A DNA stretch of 64,000 nucleotides from positions 186,001 to 250,000 of the IMG/VR virus record IMGVR_UViG_3300042391_000634, one strand, 5' to 3'. Under the pieces are notes generated by a model. That model was not told the origin of the DNA, did not search any database, and worked only from the letters and a program-made list of their open reading frames with translations. Positions 1 to 12,914 of the stretch are shown here, piece by piece. A program made the position numbers and the translations under genes. How positions within the stretch are numbered: position 1 is the stretch's first letter; every line of letters begins with the position of its first letter.

Positions 1-2
1 CA

Positions 3-1748
3 AATTTACAATTAATAAATTTTCCAGAGTGTGAAGAATGTGATGGAAGTAACACTGGTAATTGTACTATGTATGATAATGTTTATGATGATAATTTAGC
101 CACCGGATATTTTATTGATAATGGTTTAGGTGGAAGAACATACGTTGCAAATATAACAGTTGGTCAAACAATTGTAGGTGTTTTATTAGCGGGAGACAGC
201 ACCTATGTTCGTAGATCACAACCAACTTATGCGGGTGACCCAAATATTAGAGATATGGAAGGTGAAGTTTGGTATTTACAAGCTTTACCATTAAGTCATA
301 GAAGTGAATTTAGTAATGGTGTTTTTACTGTTGTTCCAGGAACACAAACAACATCTAGATTAACACAAATTTTAAAAGAATATTATAAAAGAAAAAGAGT
401 AGGTAAAATGTTTTGTGGAGGAATAGTCAATTATGGTTTTATTGATAATTGGTTATCTGGATCTTTATATTTTTTACAATTTAAAGTTAAAGGATTATCA
501 TCTGGAGTTGAAACATCCATAAGATATTGTAGAGATTTAGTTAGATTTGTGGGTAATGGTGTAAATAGATTTTATTACAGATCAGCACCATTTAATGGAA
601 GCAACTTTACATCTGTAAAACATCCTACAACATTTGTTGATTTAGGACCTAGAGATGAATTTATTAAAGAAATATGTGTTGATTCAACATTAGATCCAAA
701 CTGTTCAGTATCACGTTCAATTGGTGCAACATCTTATCAAGATATGGGTGAATTAATAGGGTTAGCAATTAATTATAGAATGGACGTTGCTGGTGTAAAC
801 GGAAATTTGGATATATTTTTTGATAATAAAGGTTTCTCAAGTAAAGTGTCGTTACCAAAAGTTTTAGATGGTGATATATTACAATTATTATCAATAAATA
901 ACGAAGTCGGAATAAAACAATTTGATTTACAAAGTTCAAGATATGTTGGGTATCAATTTAACTATTTAGATCCAGAAGAATATCCTGAATTTTTCAAAGT
1001 TAATGGTGATTGGGGTCCCCTACCTGTAACATTTGAATTAGATGAAGATGACGGTGAAAGAGTTAGATTATGTTTAAATGAACCAACACATTTAGGATAT
1101 ACGGGAAATGTAGTGCAAGGTAGATTAACAGAATCATCACAAAGAATACCATTTTATTTATGGGATAAAGGAGGACCTGGATTTGGCCCAAGTGGAATTA
1201 ATCAAAACAACCAATCTTGGGATTATGGAACATTACAGGTGCAACCATTACAAGGTATGACATATGGTTACAATATACCACATACATCACCAAATGATGA
1301 TAGTGACCCATATATGTTATTACCAATGACAAATAATTTTTCAGGTAAAACGGTAACAGGATTAGACCTTGTTAGTTCTATTGAATTTAATGTCATTTCC
1401 GCAAACGATAAAAACCCATCATACGATGGTGAATACCCTGGTTTTAGTTATTTATATGTTCCAGGTTGGAACGAGATTGATGAACCAACATCAGGGACGT
1501 TATATATAAGAGTTGGACCTGCTGAATATAACTCACCCGATAGTTTAGTAGTTAATGGTTGGCAAACAATATCATGGAACACAAGTGTGGATATAATTTT
1601 ACCATATAGAAAAGATTATTACGATGGAAATAAACAAATACTTTCAACCCCATTCCAATTTTATTTTGGATTAAATGCGGGTAAAACGGGTATGGATAAA
1701 TTTATTGACCTATTCGGTCCTAATGGGGCATTCCCAACTGCAGAATAA
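3..1748 (+). CDS. Virion structural protein, 5'-truncated by the window edge
   Basis: The frame stays open from position 3 (NLQLINFPECEECDG...) into the called ORF at 69. It is translationally coupled to the next gene (TAATG) and lies in the structural block. Confidence 0.6.
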   Translation, partial: NLQLINFPECEECDGSNTGNCTMYDNVYDDNLATGYFIDNGLGGRTYVANITVGQTIVGVLLAGDSTYVRRSQPTYAGDPNIRDMEGEVWYLQALPLSHRSEFSNGVFTVVPGTQTTSRLTQILKEYYKRKRVGKMFCGGIVNYGFIDNWLSGSLYFLQFKVKGLSSGVETSIRYCRDLVRFVGNGVNRFYYRSAPFNGSNFTSVKHPTTFVDLGPRDEFIKEICVDSTLDPNCSVSRSIGATSYQDMGELIGLAINYRMDVAGVNGNLDIFFDNKGFSSKVSLPKVLDGDILQLLSINNEVGIKQFDLQSSRYVGYQFNYLDPEEYPEFFKVNGDWGPLPVTFELDEDDGERVRLCLNEPTHLGYTGNVVQGRLTESSQRIPFYLWDKGGPGFGPSGINQNNQSWDYGTLQVQPLQGMTYGYNIPHTSPNDDSDPYMLLPMTNNFSGKTVTGLDLVSSIEFNVISANDKNPSYDGEYPGFSYLYVPGWNEIDEPTSGTLYIRVGPAEYNSPDSLVVNGWQTISWNTSVDIILPYRKDYYDGNKQILSTPFQFYFGLNAGKTGMDKFIDLFGPNGAFPTAE

Positions 1749-3631
1749 TGGAAAAGAAAGAAATATTATTACCGAGTAAAAGATACTTTAAGGCAGAAGA
1801 ACAAGATTTAAATCTTAGTGTTAAGTTAGATAATGATGAAACATTATTAAGAGAGGGAGATAAAGACATAGTATTAAATTTATCTGAATTATTTGATGAT
1901 GAAAGAAATGAATCAATTAATTATAAAATTTACGGTAAAATAAAAATGGTATTTAGAAACATGTATTCTGGATATACAGATTATACCCCTCTATTAAAAA
2001 ACTTATATTTAGTTGGTGATGGCACAGGTGATGATAAAGGATTTATACCATATAATGAATTTGCATTTTTAAGAAATGATGTTATCAGAGAAAATGTAAT
2101 ACCATCTACTGGATTAACATTGGGGAGTTCCAATGTTATACCAACAATAGAATTAACGGGAAATAGATATACAGGTCACACAACAACAACATCAATAGAA
2201 GCACCATATAAAAATTGGAATTTATATTTAAGTTATGTTTATAGTGGAGATACCACTCACCAAATGAAATATACATTATCTGGTAACACAACAGGATGTG
2301 GTGATGGTAAAACTTTTTGTTTCAACTCAGGAGACGGTATACCATTTAGAGTTGAAAGTAATGGAAATTATTATACATTAACGTCACCAGTTGAACATGG
2401 TTTGTTACAAGGTGAATACATTATATTATCCGGTGGAACTTATACGTCATATTCAGGTATAAGCACAGGTAAAACATTTTATACCATACCAATTACTTCA
2501 GATACTGAAAAATTTAGAATTTATTATATTGATAATGTTGGTAACGGTGTGTATAATTCAGAAAAATATGTAATTAACATATTAAAGAATGAATTTACAT
2601 CGGGTACAACATTGAGTTCAGTTGTTTTAGGTAGAAGATGTACCGACATTAACAATATAACAGGAACAACATCAACATATTACGTCCATAAACATAAAAC
2701 AATTACAAGTAAAGATGATTATATAATGGATAAGGTTGGATTTGAATCTTCCATTTTTGAAGACGAAAGAAAAATATTATTTGAAAATACATTACAAGAA
2801 AATGATATTTTAGTTGAAAGAAATAGACAAGAGTCTGTTTTATTTGATTTTAAAAAAACATTTGCACTATCTGGAATTACAAATAATTTAGGTTACACAC
2901 CAACTGAAGTTTATGTTAGTATTATTTTAAAAAATGAAAATGGATTATTTGACTATCCACCTAAAGTAGGTTATAAATTTAATTTTCATAACACATGGAT
3001 TGACCAACATTTTAGTGGAACAACATCAGTTGAAAAGGTTATGACTGGATTAACAGAAACATTTACAGGTAATACATCTGGTTACACATTTACAGGTGGA
3101 AAAACAATACCCATTGGAACAACAGGACTTACAGGTGCATTTGTTGAATATAATAGAAAAGAAATGAAAGAAAGGATTATTAGTGAATCATATCATAGAT
3201 TTTCACATAAACCTTTTATAAGTGGTTCAACACAATTATTTGACCACTTACAATACAGTGGAACAACTTTTTCTGGTGCGTCATTAAATAATATGGTTGG
3301 ATATTATTATCAACCACACCATAGAGTTAAATTAAGGGAGTTGTCACCATATATTGAAACATCAAAACTTGATGCGACACAACCAAATACTTTAATTGGT
3401 TTACCTGAAAATTCCATCTACGATCAAGATGAAAAACTTTGGAAATGGAGAGATTTATATGACCACGGATTTGTTGACCAAGAAGGAAATGGAACGACGT
3501 TCCCATTTATGAATAACATTCATTATGTTGTAAATGATATTAACTTTTATTTGAGAAGTGAACAAACATATTTTAATAAGGTAGATGGAATAAATGGATT
3601 TAATAATTATAAAAATAAAACTAACTGTTAG
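1748..3631 (+). CDS. Putative virion structural (baseplate/tail region) protein
   Basis: 627 aa ORF, coupled on both sides, rich in [ST]GxT motifs like its neighbours. Confidence 0.55.
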   Translation: MEKKEILLPSKRYFKAEEQDLNLSVKLDNDETLLREGDKDIVLNLSELFDDERNESINYKIYGKIKMVFRNMYSGYTDYTPLLKNLYLVGDGTGDDKGFIPYNEFAFLRNDVIRENVIPSTGLTLGSSNVIPTIELTGNRYTGHTTTTSIEAPYKNWNLYLSYVYSGDTTHQMKYTLSGNTTGCGDGKTFCFNSGDGIPFRVESNGNYYTLTSPVEHGLLQGEYIILSGGTYTSYSGISTGKTFYTIPITSDTEKFRIYYIDNVGNGVYNSEKYVINILKNEFTSGTTLSSVVLGRRCTDINNITGTTSTYYVHKHKTITSKDDYIMDKVGFESSIFEDERKILFENTLQENDILVERNRQESVLFDFKKTFALSGITNNLGYTPTEVYVSIILKNENGLFDYPPKVGYKFNFHNTWIDQHFSGTTSVEKVMTGLTETFTGNTSGYTFTGGKTIPIGTTGLTGAFVEYNRKEMKERIISESYHRFSHKPFISGSTQLFDHLQYSGTTFSGASLNNMVGYYYQPHHRVKLRELSPYIETSKLDATQPNTLIGLPENSIYDQDEKLWKWRDLYDHGFVDQEGNGTTFPFMNNIHYVVNDINFYLRSEQTYFNKVDGINGFNNYKNKTNC

Positions 3632-5034
3632 TGGAAATTTTAAAGAATAGTAATAATTTAAAAATAGTGATTAATACTGAAGAAAACTTCAGAACTGACT
3701 TAGGTTGGCAAGATAATCTTGCTCAGTTTGAGGATGAGGTTTTAAAAGATATTATTAATCCATCTAAGAATTATGAAACAGTTAGATACATACATAAACC
3801 ATATACCGGAACCACTTTATTAAAAGAACAAACAGATATATGGTTTCAATTTTATTTTGTTGATGGTAGTGATTATGTTTTAGATTACAATCCCGTCGGA
3901 ATTACCACACAGGAAAATGAATTAATGTTAAAACAAGCAACCGAAAGTTTTTTCAGATTAGAATTATTTAAAACACCAAGTGTAGTTTCACAAACAGGAA
4001 CTACATTAACATGTGAACCCCCAACAAGACAAAATAGAAGATTGGTTAATTCTAAAAATTTATCATTACCATTAGGTGAAAAGTTTTTTTATGTAACAGA
4101 AAATTCTGGTTATTTTATTCATATACCAGTTTTTAACGGGTCAAATTATAGAAACAAAGAAAACATGTATTTGTTTTGGTTTGATGACGAAAGTGCATTA
4201 ACCGATACAAATTTAAGTGGGACAACAACATTAGACCAATATATATTTGGAACGGGGTCCACAATACAAACTATTTTATTTACAAATGAAAATAATAATA
4301 TAACACAAGTAAATATACCAACAGGTGGAACAACATTAATTGGATGGACAGGACAAACATTTACAATTCCAAATATAGTAACTTATAATAGAAATTATTA
4401 TCATGGAATAAATACGTTTTTTATGACGGCAAAATTCTTTGATGCAAAAAATGGACAATTAATAGATTTTACAAATTCAGGATTTACAACAGGACATACA
4501 ATTACTGAGGAAAATGATATGTATTATCAAATTGATTTTGATAATTACGAAAGAACATATCAAATTTACAAATATACAGGAACAAAGGGAGTTAGAATTG
4601 GTAATGGGGTTTCTTCACCAATAAAGTTTTTTGAAAAAGGAGGAGCATCAATACCACCTACACCTACACCAACTCCTACACCTACAATAACACCAACACC
4701 AACGGTTACACCAACACCTGGCGCTCCAACATCAACACCAACTCCTACACCTACACCAACAAATACATTTCAAAATTATAATGGTATTGGAATTTATCCA
4801 TCTTCAGATAATTTAACTTGTTCAAACCATACAGAACAATTAAATGTTTTAATTTATTTAAATGATAGTGATTTTGATATTTATGAATCTACGGGTTATT
4901 TGACTAGTGGAATGGTAATATATGATAATAGTTCAGGAGATCCTTGGTATGTTTCAAATAAAGTATATGATTCAACAATCACTACCATCTTTAGTGTGAC
5001 AAGTGGTGTGTTAAGTGTTAATACATTATGTTAA
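3631..5034 (+). CDS. Structural protein with PT linker and C-terminal Cys-bounded module
   Basis: GTG start overlaps the previous stop. A PTPTPT tract is followed by a C...GMVIYD...C module. Confidence 0.55.
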   Translation: MEILKNSNNLKIVINTEENFRTDLGWQDNLAQFEDEVLKDIINPSKNYETVRYIHKPYTGTTLLKEQTDIWFQFYFVDGSDYVLDYNPVGITTQENELMLKQATESFFRLELFKTPSVVSQTGTTLTCEPPTRQNRRLVNSKNLSLPLGEKFFYVTENSGYFIHIPVFNGSNYRNKENMYLFWFDDESALTDTNLSGTTTLDQYIFGTGSTIQTILFTNENNNITQVNIPTGGTTLIGWTGQTFTIPNIVTYNRNYYHGINTFFMTAKFFDAKNGQLIDFTNSGFTTGHTITEENDMYYQIDFDNYERTYQIYKYTGTKGVRIGNGVSSPIKFFEKGGASIPPTPTPTPTPTITPTPTVTPTPGAPTSTPTPTPTPTNTFQNYNGIGIYPSSDNLTCSNHTEQLNVLIYLNDSDFDIYESTGYLTSGMVIYDNSSGDPWYVSNKVYDSTITTIFSVTSGVLSVNTLC

Positions 5035-5048
5035 AAATATAAAAATAA

Positions 5049-6233
5049 ATGAAAAGAAACGAATATACCATATTAAAAAGACAGATACCTGATGTTCATT
5101 TACATTCGGTTACAGGGTCATATTGGTTTGATAATCAAAATAACTTAATACCGTGGTCGGGAGATACGGGATTTTTACCAACGGGATACACACCATATAG
5201 TGGTTATGTCGTTAACAATGTAACAGGTAGTTTACCAACAGGTTCCTATATATGGAATGGAACTTCTTGGAGTGGATTGACAGGTAGTTTAAATCAAAGT
5301 TATAATTTACCAATAGTATTAAACGCGAGTGCGGATGAAATGGGAGTAATGTCTTCTTTTGATGGTAATATGGAACAAGTTGAACAGTTAGTTAATTTTA
5401 CATATAAACAATCAGGTTCGGCTGTAACAGTTTATAATACGGTTAATCCTGATAAGTTAAGAAAAATTGTAGACCAAAAATACACAATAAAATGGGGGGA
5501 TGGAACTTCAGGTTCGTTAGATGTAAACGGAGGAGTTTTGTATTCAAATTTTCCAACAGCATCACATACATATTCAGCAACAGGTAGTTATACTTTAAAT
5601 TTATTTTTAGATTCACCTTGGAGTAAAGAAAAAATAAATAAAAATATTACAGTTCCAAATACAGGGTCTGTAGTCCTTAATCCTTTAGGAACATTTAGTG
5701 GATTTACAATACCATATACCAATATAACAGGTTCTTTAGACTATATAAATGAATCAAAATTTTCTGGTTTCACAGGTTCAACCATTTTAAAATACATGGC
5801 AATAGGTGGTAGTAAAATAGGTGAATTAAGAAAATATGGAGAAACAACACTTAATAGTTCAATGTATGTTACAGGATTATTTTCAGGTTCAGCTTATACC
5901 GGATATACATTGGATACGGGTAGCATTATTAGTGGTAGTTTAGATATTACTAAAATACCTACCGGTAGTTTATGGTATATGGATTTTGCGGACGGATACA
6001 CTATGGTAACAGGTAAAACTACCAATTTTACCAAAGAAGAGGTTATTAATAATGTTATTACAAGGAACGAACATTTCTTAGGTTTTATTGACGACCCAAA
6101 CGTATATTCTGACATTTTTGTTGAAAGAGGACGACAAGGAGTGATGGAACCAAACCTAAGATTAGGTGAAATTGATAACATGAGTGAGTTAGAAGTTTAT
6201 GGAAATGGATATTTTAAAGTGAGAAAACAATAA
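5049..6233 (+). CDS. Structural protein with PKD-like domain
   Basis: YTIKWGDGT...SHTYSATGSYTLNL matches the PKD-domain signature (WGDG, H-x-Y-xxxG-x-Y). Confidence 0.55.
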   Translation: MKRNEYTILKRQIPDVHLHSVTGSYWFDNQNNLIPWSGDTGFLPTGYTPYSGYVVNNVTGSLPTGSYIWNGTSWSGLTGSLNQSYNLPIVLNASADEMGVMSSFDGNMEQVEQLVNFTYKQSGSAVTVYNTVNPDKLRKIVDQKYTIKWGDGTSGSLDVNGGVLYSNFPTASHTYSATGSYTLNLFLDSPWSKEKINKNITVPNTGSVVLNPLGTFSGFTIPYTNITGSLDYINESKFSGFTGSTILKYMAIGGSKIGELRKYGETTLNSSMYVTGLFSGSAYTGYTLDTGSIISGSLDITKIPTGSLWYMDFADGYTMVTGKTTNFTKEEVINNVITRNEHFLGFIDDPNVYSDIFVERGRQGVMEPNLRLGEIDNMSELEVYGNGYFKVRKQ

Positions 6234-6239
6234 GAATTA

Positions 6240-6247
6240 TATTTATA
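6240..6247 (+). promoter_or_regulatory. TATTTATA putative late promoter
   Basis: Motif recurs upstream of structural genes; 10 nt before ATG 6258. Confidence 0.55.
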
Positions 6248-6257
6248 ATAAAAGTTT

Positions 6258-7178
6258 ATGGCAGTAGGATCATACGGAGTAATTAGACCAGCAGATGTAT
6301 CACCAGATGACGTAGAAATTCTATATCATTATGCGGCTGATAGAGTCTCAACAACCGCAGTAACATTAAAGAAATTAACGTCAAATCAGGTTTTAACCCC
6401 GATTTTACATACAGGAACAACAACAACCGACACGGCCGCAGTTGGAACTGAAATATTAGGTGGATTATATAATCTATTATTAAGTGCGGACGATTTTAGT
6501 GATTTAGGGATTTATACACTTTATATAAGACCAAAACAAATAAGAACCACAGTTACAGATTGTGGTATTTTAGCGTCCCTACCTTCAGTTAGAGGTGTTG
6601 TTATTGATTTATCAAATGTCCCATCCGCAGATAGAAACAAATTTACACCACAAGGTTTAGTTGGTTATAGAGTTGAATACATCAATCCAAACGATAATAA
6701 GAAATTACCTAACTTTTATAAGATAGTAACATCTTCTTTTTATTGCACACCTGTAACAGCAAATTTAAACACAACAACACAAAAGTCAGTAAGATATCAA
6801 TATAGTGAAGGTGCAACAAACTTTATGTTTTTAACGGTTACACCGTCATCTGCACCATCAAACAAACCAAATACGGTTCCATTTATTGGAAGTCCAGGTC
6901 AAAAGATAATCTTATCAAACACATATTTCAATCCAACAACAATACAAATTGATATGGTTGAACATGACGCTTCAACACTTGCAAATGCTCTTTACGGTAA
7001 TCAAACTAAGGCGGTTACACCAGGTATTTACACAATTTACGATAAAGACAATAACATATATAAACAATATAACTTATTTGAAATCAAAGACGACTTTAAT
7101 GATACTCTTTATGAGGTTAGAGAAACTCGTACCGATATTGATGAAACTTTAAACTTTGATACAATTACCAATATCTAA
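6258..7178 (+). CDS. Putative baseplate-associated structural protein
   Basis: 306 aa ORF preceded by TATTTATA and coupled to the baseplate wedge-like gene. Confidence 0.5.
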   Translation: MAVGSYGVIRPADVSPDDVEILYHYAADRVSTTAVTLKKLTSNQVLTPILHTGTTTTDTAAVGTEILGGLYNLLLSADDFSDLGIYTLYIRPKQIRTTVTDCGILASLPSVRGVVIDLSNVPSADRNKFTPQGLVGYRVEYINPNDNKKLPNFYKIVTSSFYCTPVTANLNTTTQKSVRYQYSEGATNFMFLTVTPSSAPSNKPNTVPFIGSPGQKIILSNTYFNPTTIQIDMVEHDASTLANALYGNQTKAVTPGIYTIYDKDNNIYKQYNLFEIKDDFNDTLYEVRETRTDIDETLNFDTITNI

Positions 7179-10100
7179 TGGCAAAATATAAAGTTCCAAG
7201 TCAAGCTGCAAGTGGTGCTGATACATTCAGTGACAATCTAGTAGGTAATCAAATTACCACAGGTACTGGTCAATTGACTAATACGAACTTTGCGTTAGAT
7301 AGTGAGGTTATACAACGAGATACAAAGAAATTTAAAACAAACCCATTTTCGGATTTTTTAACTTTAGACGATTTAAAGAAAGAAACCTCAGCTTTATCTA
7401 CAGATGAGATTGCAAAAAGAAAAAAAGAAATAAAATTTAAAGGTTCAAAAGGTGATGCGGGTAAATCTTTATTTGGTTCATTAAAAAGTAGATTAGGTGT
7501 TTCAACACAAAACATAATTATTAATTTTCCTGCTGGAATTTTAATTGATTCAAATAGTTTTATTAGTGTTAGTGGATTAACTGCAACAGGTATTGAGTAT
7601 AATAAATTAAATGATACAACTCAATTTGATGTTGAGTTTAGTATGTTATACAATCCATTTTCTTTAATACTATTAAAACCAAAAAGTAAGGATTTAACAA
7701 CATCTACAAATTCAACAAGAGATTTTTATAGTTCATATACAAAATATGTTATTACGGTTAGTGGTAAAACTTATAATATAACAAATTACACCGAACCGAA
7801 TAGTAATAATATTATAAAATTAAAAGTAAGTGGTAAACCATTTACCGATACAACATATTCAGAAGATATTTTAATTAGACCAAATGACGGAGTAGTTGAT
7901 GAATTTTTTAATGGATTAGATGATTTAGAAGAAACATTATTAAATAGGGATAGTTCTCCAATCTACACCGCTAGTTTCAAAGTTCCAAGAGATAGTTTTG
8001 ACCAAACAAAAACAGAATTAATTTCCGTTAATTATAGTTGGCCAATATCTGATAAAGATAATTGGAATATTAAAATTGCGGGTTTAGAATATGAGGATTA
8101 TTTAAGAAAATTAAGTGATATTGCTGATGAGATAGATGATTACAAATCAAATTTATTTGTAAGATTTTTAACATCCCCACAATTATTTGAGTTTGATTCT
8201 CCAGATAAAAAGGCGGAAGCAATTTTTCAATTGTATGGTCAATCGTTTGATAAAGTAAAAAAATACATTGATAATATTGCTAACATGAGAAATGTTAGTT
8301 ACGACGGAATTAATAATGTTCCCGATGTTTTATTAAAAAACTTAGCAAATACATTAGGATTAGATACTGTTAATTTAATAGATGAAAAAGGTTTAGATGA
8401 ATTATTATATACAAAGACATCACAACAATATTCAGGATTAGTTTCAGGAACATCATTATTAGATGCTGAGTTTGAATTTTATAGAAGGTTATTGGTGAAT
8501 TTAGCTTACATTTATAAATCAAAAGGAACAAGACAATCATTAGAATTCTTTTTAAGATTTTTAGGTGCTCCTGAACCATTGATTAAAATTAATCAATATG
8601 TTTATAAAATTACATCATATCCAAAATCATTTAATTTAGAGGATGATATCTATAATGCGGTTACAGGAAGAAATGTTATAAAAACTGCGGTATTTTTACC
8701 AACGGGTGGAACAATAGATGGTGTGGTTTATACAGGATATTCATACTATATAAAATCAACAACAGGTTCAACATCATTAAGTATTGATGGATATCCCGTA
8801 GATTCAGTTACGTTACAACCAAAATCAGTAACAGGTTCAACAGATTTGTTTTTTCAAAAAGGTTCTGGATGGTATGATAATACGGCAAGTCACAAATCAC
8901 CTTTGATACTTGACCAAGATTTATCAAGTGGAACAACTGTAGATGGTAATTATGTTTTAACGGGAAGAACAAAAACTGTTATTACTAAAAATAGTAGATA
9001 CACATACGGAGAAGATTATTTTGACATATATAGAACATTACCTGGATTAGATACGGGATTTGAATTACAAACATTAATCGATAATAGTCAAACCGAATTA
9101 CTTGGGGACGATTCACGTTTAATTTTAAATCGTAAAAACATTGAAGTTTATTTATCATCCGCACAAGCGGTTGATTTTGACATATACCGTAAATCAAGAG
9201 ATTTAGAATTAACATTCGGAACAAATAGTTTAACACCACAAACGGGAGTAACTTTTGCAGAATATGTTGATTTAATGTTACATCAACAAATTAAAAATTC
9301 TCATATTATAAGATATAAAAAGAATTACATTACATTAGAGGACATATACCAAGATTACATAACAAATAAACACGGATTAAATTTTAATTATACACCATAC
9401 ACTTTCCCTGACATTAATTTGTTTATTGAGAAAATGAGTCCATATTGGACAAGTGTAATAGACCAAATTATACCTTCAACAACATTATGGACTGGAGGTA
9501 ATTTAATTTCAAATAATATTTTTGGAAGACCAAAATATCAATATAAATATGGATGTCAACCAATTGAAATAGTTGATAATTTATATCCTGAAATACCAAG
9601 TGGATATACTCAATATTTTGAAGACGTTATTGATGAATATGATAATGATATATTCACCGAAATCAACTCAATTGGAGAATATAAATACGACGGACGAATT
9701 TATATATTTCCAACTTTTGAAATAAACGGCGTAACCTATTCTGGAACAACAGGAAACACATCATCAGTTACAAGTATTACCGGATTAACATATGTTTTAT
9801 TATCGGGTATAACAAATACAACAAATAGTGCTAAGTTATATGAACCTGATGGTAGTGGAAATGCTTATGCGATGATTAGTGGTACCACAAATACTATTAG
9901 TCCTGATTATGATAAAGTAGAAGATTTGTGGCAAACGGCAATTTTAAATACTATTGAATATATAAATAATTGCACCGATTGTTTATATTCAGGAAATACA
10001 ATTGATAATGTGGGTTATATAAGTTCATATGCACCATTTACGGGTGCAACAGGAATTACAATAACGCCAATAAAAATTAGAAAAAAATTATTAACGGGTA

Positions 10101-12865
10101 AAATTTTCATTGATAATAATGGAGAAGAAAAAATTAAATTAACATCATTTAAATATGGACCTAATGATTGTACAAAAAATATATATGTTGATTTAACCGC
10201 ACGTGCATTTACTGACACTTATGATTGTTCATTAGGACAAGGGTCGGCTGAATGGAAGTTATCAACTCCAACTCCAACCCCAACTCCGGCACCAACCTCA
10301 ACACCAACGGTAACACCAACACCAGTACCAACCTCGACTCCAGTACCAACCTCAACACCAACGGTAACACCAACAAGTACTCCGGCACCAACCGGAACAC
10401 CAACACCAACACCTACTATTACACCAACACCAACGGTAACACCAACACCAACACCAATTCCATGTAATTTTACAATTGAATATACTGCATTAATATCAAC
10501 CCCGACCCCTACACCAACTGTTACACCAACACCAACTGTTACACCAACACCAATTCCATGTAATTTTACAATTGAATATACTGCATTAATATCAACCCCG
10601 ACTCCGACCCCTACTATTACACCAACACCAACGGTAACACCAACCCCAATTCCATGTAGTTTTACAATTGAATATACCGCATTAATTTCAACACCAACCC
10701 CAACACCTACTATTACACCAACACCAACGGTAACACCAACCCCAATTCCATGTATCTTTACAATTGAATATACTGTATTAACACCAACACCAACCCCTAC
10801 ACCAACTGTTACACCAACACCTACACCTAGCATATGTCAAAGACCAACGGGGTTACCTTGGGATATTATTAATTACGCATATAAAATAAATTCGGGAGAT
10901 TCATACACTAACTTCACGTCATCATTACAAGCGGCTTGTGACGCATTAACAGCAATTAGATTGGCGGAACAAACTCAACTTGTTAATTCGGTACTCGGAA
11001 TAACTTTCAATGCTGATCCAGCGGTACAACTTGGAGCAACATTATATAATAATAATTCAATAACAACTTGTGATAAAGTACAATCGGGTTATTATATATA
11101 CGATTTAAGTGGTTTTCAAACGTACATTTTAGGTGTTGGAAGTGATGGATTGGTTACATATTTTGGTGATTGTACGTTAACAACAAATACCCCAACCCCA
11201 ACACCTACGGTTACACCAACACCAGAACCAACTAGTACTCCAACAGTTACACCAATTCCATGTAATTTTACTATTGAGTATACCGTATTAATATCAACCC
11301 CAACCCCAACACCTACTTCAACAAGTACACCAGCACCAACTGAAACACCAACCCCTACACCAACTGTTACCCCAACATCAACACCTACATGTGTGGTAAC
11401 AACATATAATTCATTATTTAGTGGAACTACTTCAGAAAATGCTTGTAATAATATAACACAATATGTGCCGGATGCGTGGGTGTGTATTTTGAATGATAGT
11501 TATTTACAAATTGGTGAAGCTTGGTATACGAATATTAATCTTACAACACCATATCCTGATGGATATTATTGTTTCCATAATGAAACACTTGGGTTTAATA
11601 ATACGTGGGTTTATATTGTAAACGGTTTAATTGATTCTACCGGATTATGTCTGACACCAACAAATACACCGACCCCAACACCTACGGTTACATCAACACC
11701 TGCACCTACTGGCACTCCAACACCAACACCAATTCCATGTAATTTTACAATTGAATATACTGCATTAATATCAACCCCAACCCCAACTCCAACACCATTA
11801 CCAACTAGTACACCAACAGTAACGCCAGATCCAACTAGTACTCCAACAGTAACACCTAACCCAACTAGTACCCCAACAGTAACACCTAACCCAACTAGTA
11901 CCCCAACAGTAACACCTAATCCTACTAGTACACCATTACCAACTAGTACCCCAACGATTACACCAGAACCAACTAGTACACCATTACCAACTAGTACACC
12001 AACGGTTACACCAATTCCGTGTAACTTCACCATTGAATACACTGCATTAATATCAACTCCAACACCAAATCCAACTAGTACACCAACAGTAACACCAAAT
12101 CCAACTAGTACACCAACAGTAACACCAAATCCAACTAGTACACCAACAGTAACGCCAGATCCAACTAGTACACCAAATCCAACTAGTACACCAACAGTAA
12201 CGCCAGATCCAACTAGTACACCAAATCCAACTAGTACACCAACAGTAACGCCAGATCCAACTAGTACACCAAATCCAACTAGTACACCAACACCAACACC
12301 ATTACCAACATCCACACCAACTGTTACACCAACACCTTGCCCATCAGAAGGTACTTTTTTAATGTCTACTTGTGTTGGTTATGATTTATATTACAGATTC
12401 GCGAATGGTAGTTGTGGTACGTATGACACATTTATTGAAAGTAATTCCTCAAGTTGTGGTTATGTTGCACCAACACCCACCCCAACCCCAACCCCATTAC
12501 CGGACGGAGTTTTAAGTTTTGGATCCACAGATGGTGGGTTCATACAGTGTGGAGCGGGTTACGATTCTAATGACTATGAATATTATAGAACATATGAGGT
12601 TATTTTTACGAGCGCACGAAATACGATGGGATATGTTGTTGTCTATTTAAGCGATAATTCAAGTATACAAATACCATTTAATGAAAATGATACCTCCGCA
12701 TCTACAACCATTTTCTGTGGATGTGGATCATCATGTGCGGACATACAATATGTAATGAATATAATATACACCACACCAACCCCAACACCAACAGCGGAAC
12801 CAACATTTACACCAACTCCGACACCAGAAGGAGGTGGAGGACAGGACCCCCTTGAACCTATATAA
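7178..12865 (+). CDS. Baseplate wedge-like protein (P2 gpI/T4 gp7-like region) with long PT-repeat C-terminal extension
   Basis: [14 protein letters not shown]...[28 protein letters not shown] resembles the Tail_P2_I-type motif. The C-terminal ~870 aa consist of PT linkers, 7 PIPCxFTIEYT peptides and Cys modules. Confidence 0.6.
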   Translation: MAKYKVPSQAASGADTFSDNLVGNQITTGTGQLTNTNFALDSEVIQRDTKKFKTNPFSDFLTLDDLKKETSALSTDEIAKRKKEIKFKGSKGDAGKSLFGSLKSRLGVSTQNIIINFPAGILIDSNSFISVSGLTATGIEYNKLNDTTQFDVEFSMLYNPFSLILLKPKSKDLTTSTNSTRDFYSSYTKYVITVSGKTYNITNYTEPNSNNIIKLKVSGKPFTDTTYSEDILIRPNDGVVDEFFNGLDDLEETLLNRDSSPIYTASFKVPRDSFDQTKTELISVNYSWPISDKDNWNIKIAGLEYEDYLRKLSDIADEIDDYKSNLFVRFLTSPQLFEFDSPDKKAEAIFQLYGQSFDKVKKYIDNIANMRNVSYDGINNVPDVLLKNLANTLGLDTVNLIDEKGLDELLYTKTSQQYSGLVSGTSLLDAEFEFYRRLLVNLAYIYKSKGTRQSLEFFLRFLGAPEPLIKINQYVYKITSYPKSFNLEDDIYNAVTGRNVIKTAVFLPTGGTIDGVVYTGYSYYIKSTTGSTSLSIDGYPVDSVTLQPKSVTGSTDLFFQKGSGWYDNTASHKSPLILDQDLSSGTTVDGNYVLTGRTKTVITKNSRYTYGEDYFDIYRTLPGLDTGFELQTLIDNSQTELLGDDSRLILNRKNIEVYLSSAQAVDFDIYRKSRDLELTFGTNSLTPQTGVTFAEYVDLMLHQQIKNSHIIRYKKNYITLEDIYQDYITNKHGLNFNYTPYTFPDINLFIEKMSPYWTSVIDQIIPSTTLWTGGNLISNNIFGRPKYQYKYGCQPIEIVDNLYPEIPSGYTQYFEDVIDEYDNDIFTEINSIGEYKYDGRIYIFPTFEINGVTYSGTTGNTSSVTSITGLTYVLLSGITNTTNSAKLYEPDGSGNAYAMISGTTNTISPDYDKVEDLWQTAILNTIEYINNCTDCLYSGNTIDNVGYISSYAPFTGATGITITPIKIRKKLLTGKIFIDNNGEEKIKLTSFKYGPNDCTKNIYVDLTARAFTDTYDCSLGQGSAEWKLSTPTPTPTPAPTSTPTVTPTPVPTSTPVPTSTPTVTPTSTPAPTGTPTPTPTITPTPTVTPTPTPIPCNFTIEYTALISTPTPTPTVTPTPTVTPTPIPCNFTIEYTALISTPTPTPTITPTPTVTPTPIPCSFTIEYTALISTPTPTPTITPTPTVTPTPIPCIFTIEYTVLTPTPTPTPTVTPTPTPSICQRPTGLPWDIINYAYKINSGDSYTNFTSSLQAACDALTAIRLAEQTQLVNSVLGITFNADPAVQLGATLYNNNSITTCDKVQSGYYIYDLSGFQTYILGVGSDGLVTYFGDCTLTTNTPTPTPTVTPTPEPTSTPTVTPIPCNFTIEYTVLISTPTPTPTSTSTPAPTETPTPTPTVTPTSTPTCVVTTYNSLFSGTTSENACNNITQYVPDAWVCILNDSYLQIGEAWYTNINLTTPYPDGYYCFHNETLGFNNTWVYIVNGLIDSTGLCLTPTNTPTPTPTVTSTPAPTGTPTPTPIPCNFTIEYTALISTPTPTPTPLPTSTPTVTPDPTSTPTVTPNPTSTPTVTPNPTSTPTVTPNPTSTPLPTSTPTITPEPTSTPLPTSTPTVTPIPCNFTIEYTALISTPTPNPTSTPTVTPNPTSTPTVTPNPTSTPTVTPDPTSTPNPTSTPTVTPDPTSTPNPTSTPTVTPDPTSTPNPTSTPTPTPLPTSTPTVTPTPCPSEGTFLMSTCVGYDLYYRFANGSCGTYDTFIESNSSSCGYVAPTPTPTPTPLPDGVLSFGSTDGGFIQCGAGYDSNDYEYYRTYEVIFTSARNTMGYVVVYLSDNSSIQIPFNENDTSASTTIFCGCGSSCADIQYVMNIIYTTPTPTPTAEPTFTPTPTPEGGGGQDPLEPI
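10262..12340 (+). repeat. Pro-Thr coding repeats with 7 interspersed PIPC(N/S/I)FTIEYT(A/V)L units
   Basis: ACACCA-type codon repeats and near-identical ~45-nt units (ccaattccatgtaattttacaattgaatatactgcattaatatca). Confidence 0.9.
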
Positions 12866-12890
12866 AATAAAATAAAATAAAATAAACAGA

Positions 12891-12898
12891 TATTTATA
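12891..12898 (+). promoter_or_regulatory. TATTTATA putative late promoter
   Basis: Intergenic, upstream of ATG 12915. Confidence 0.5.
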
Positions 12899-12914
12899 AA
12901 TATAAATTAAAATT

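Noticed and set aside
10454-12055. ~45-nt repeats with variable spacers resembling a CRISPR array
   Set aside because: They are in-frame coding repeats with synonymous variation, the spacers are PT codons, and no cas operon is present.
10209-12315. Minus-strand GVGV-rich ORFs (also 15145, 53306, 54938)
   Set aside because: Antisense shadows of the Pro-Thr repeats.
12863-12886. (TAAAA)n microsatellite
   Set aside because: Short low-complexity intergenic tract, expected in AT-rich DNA.
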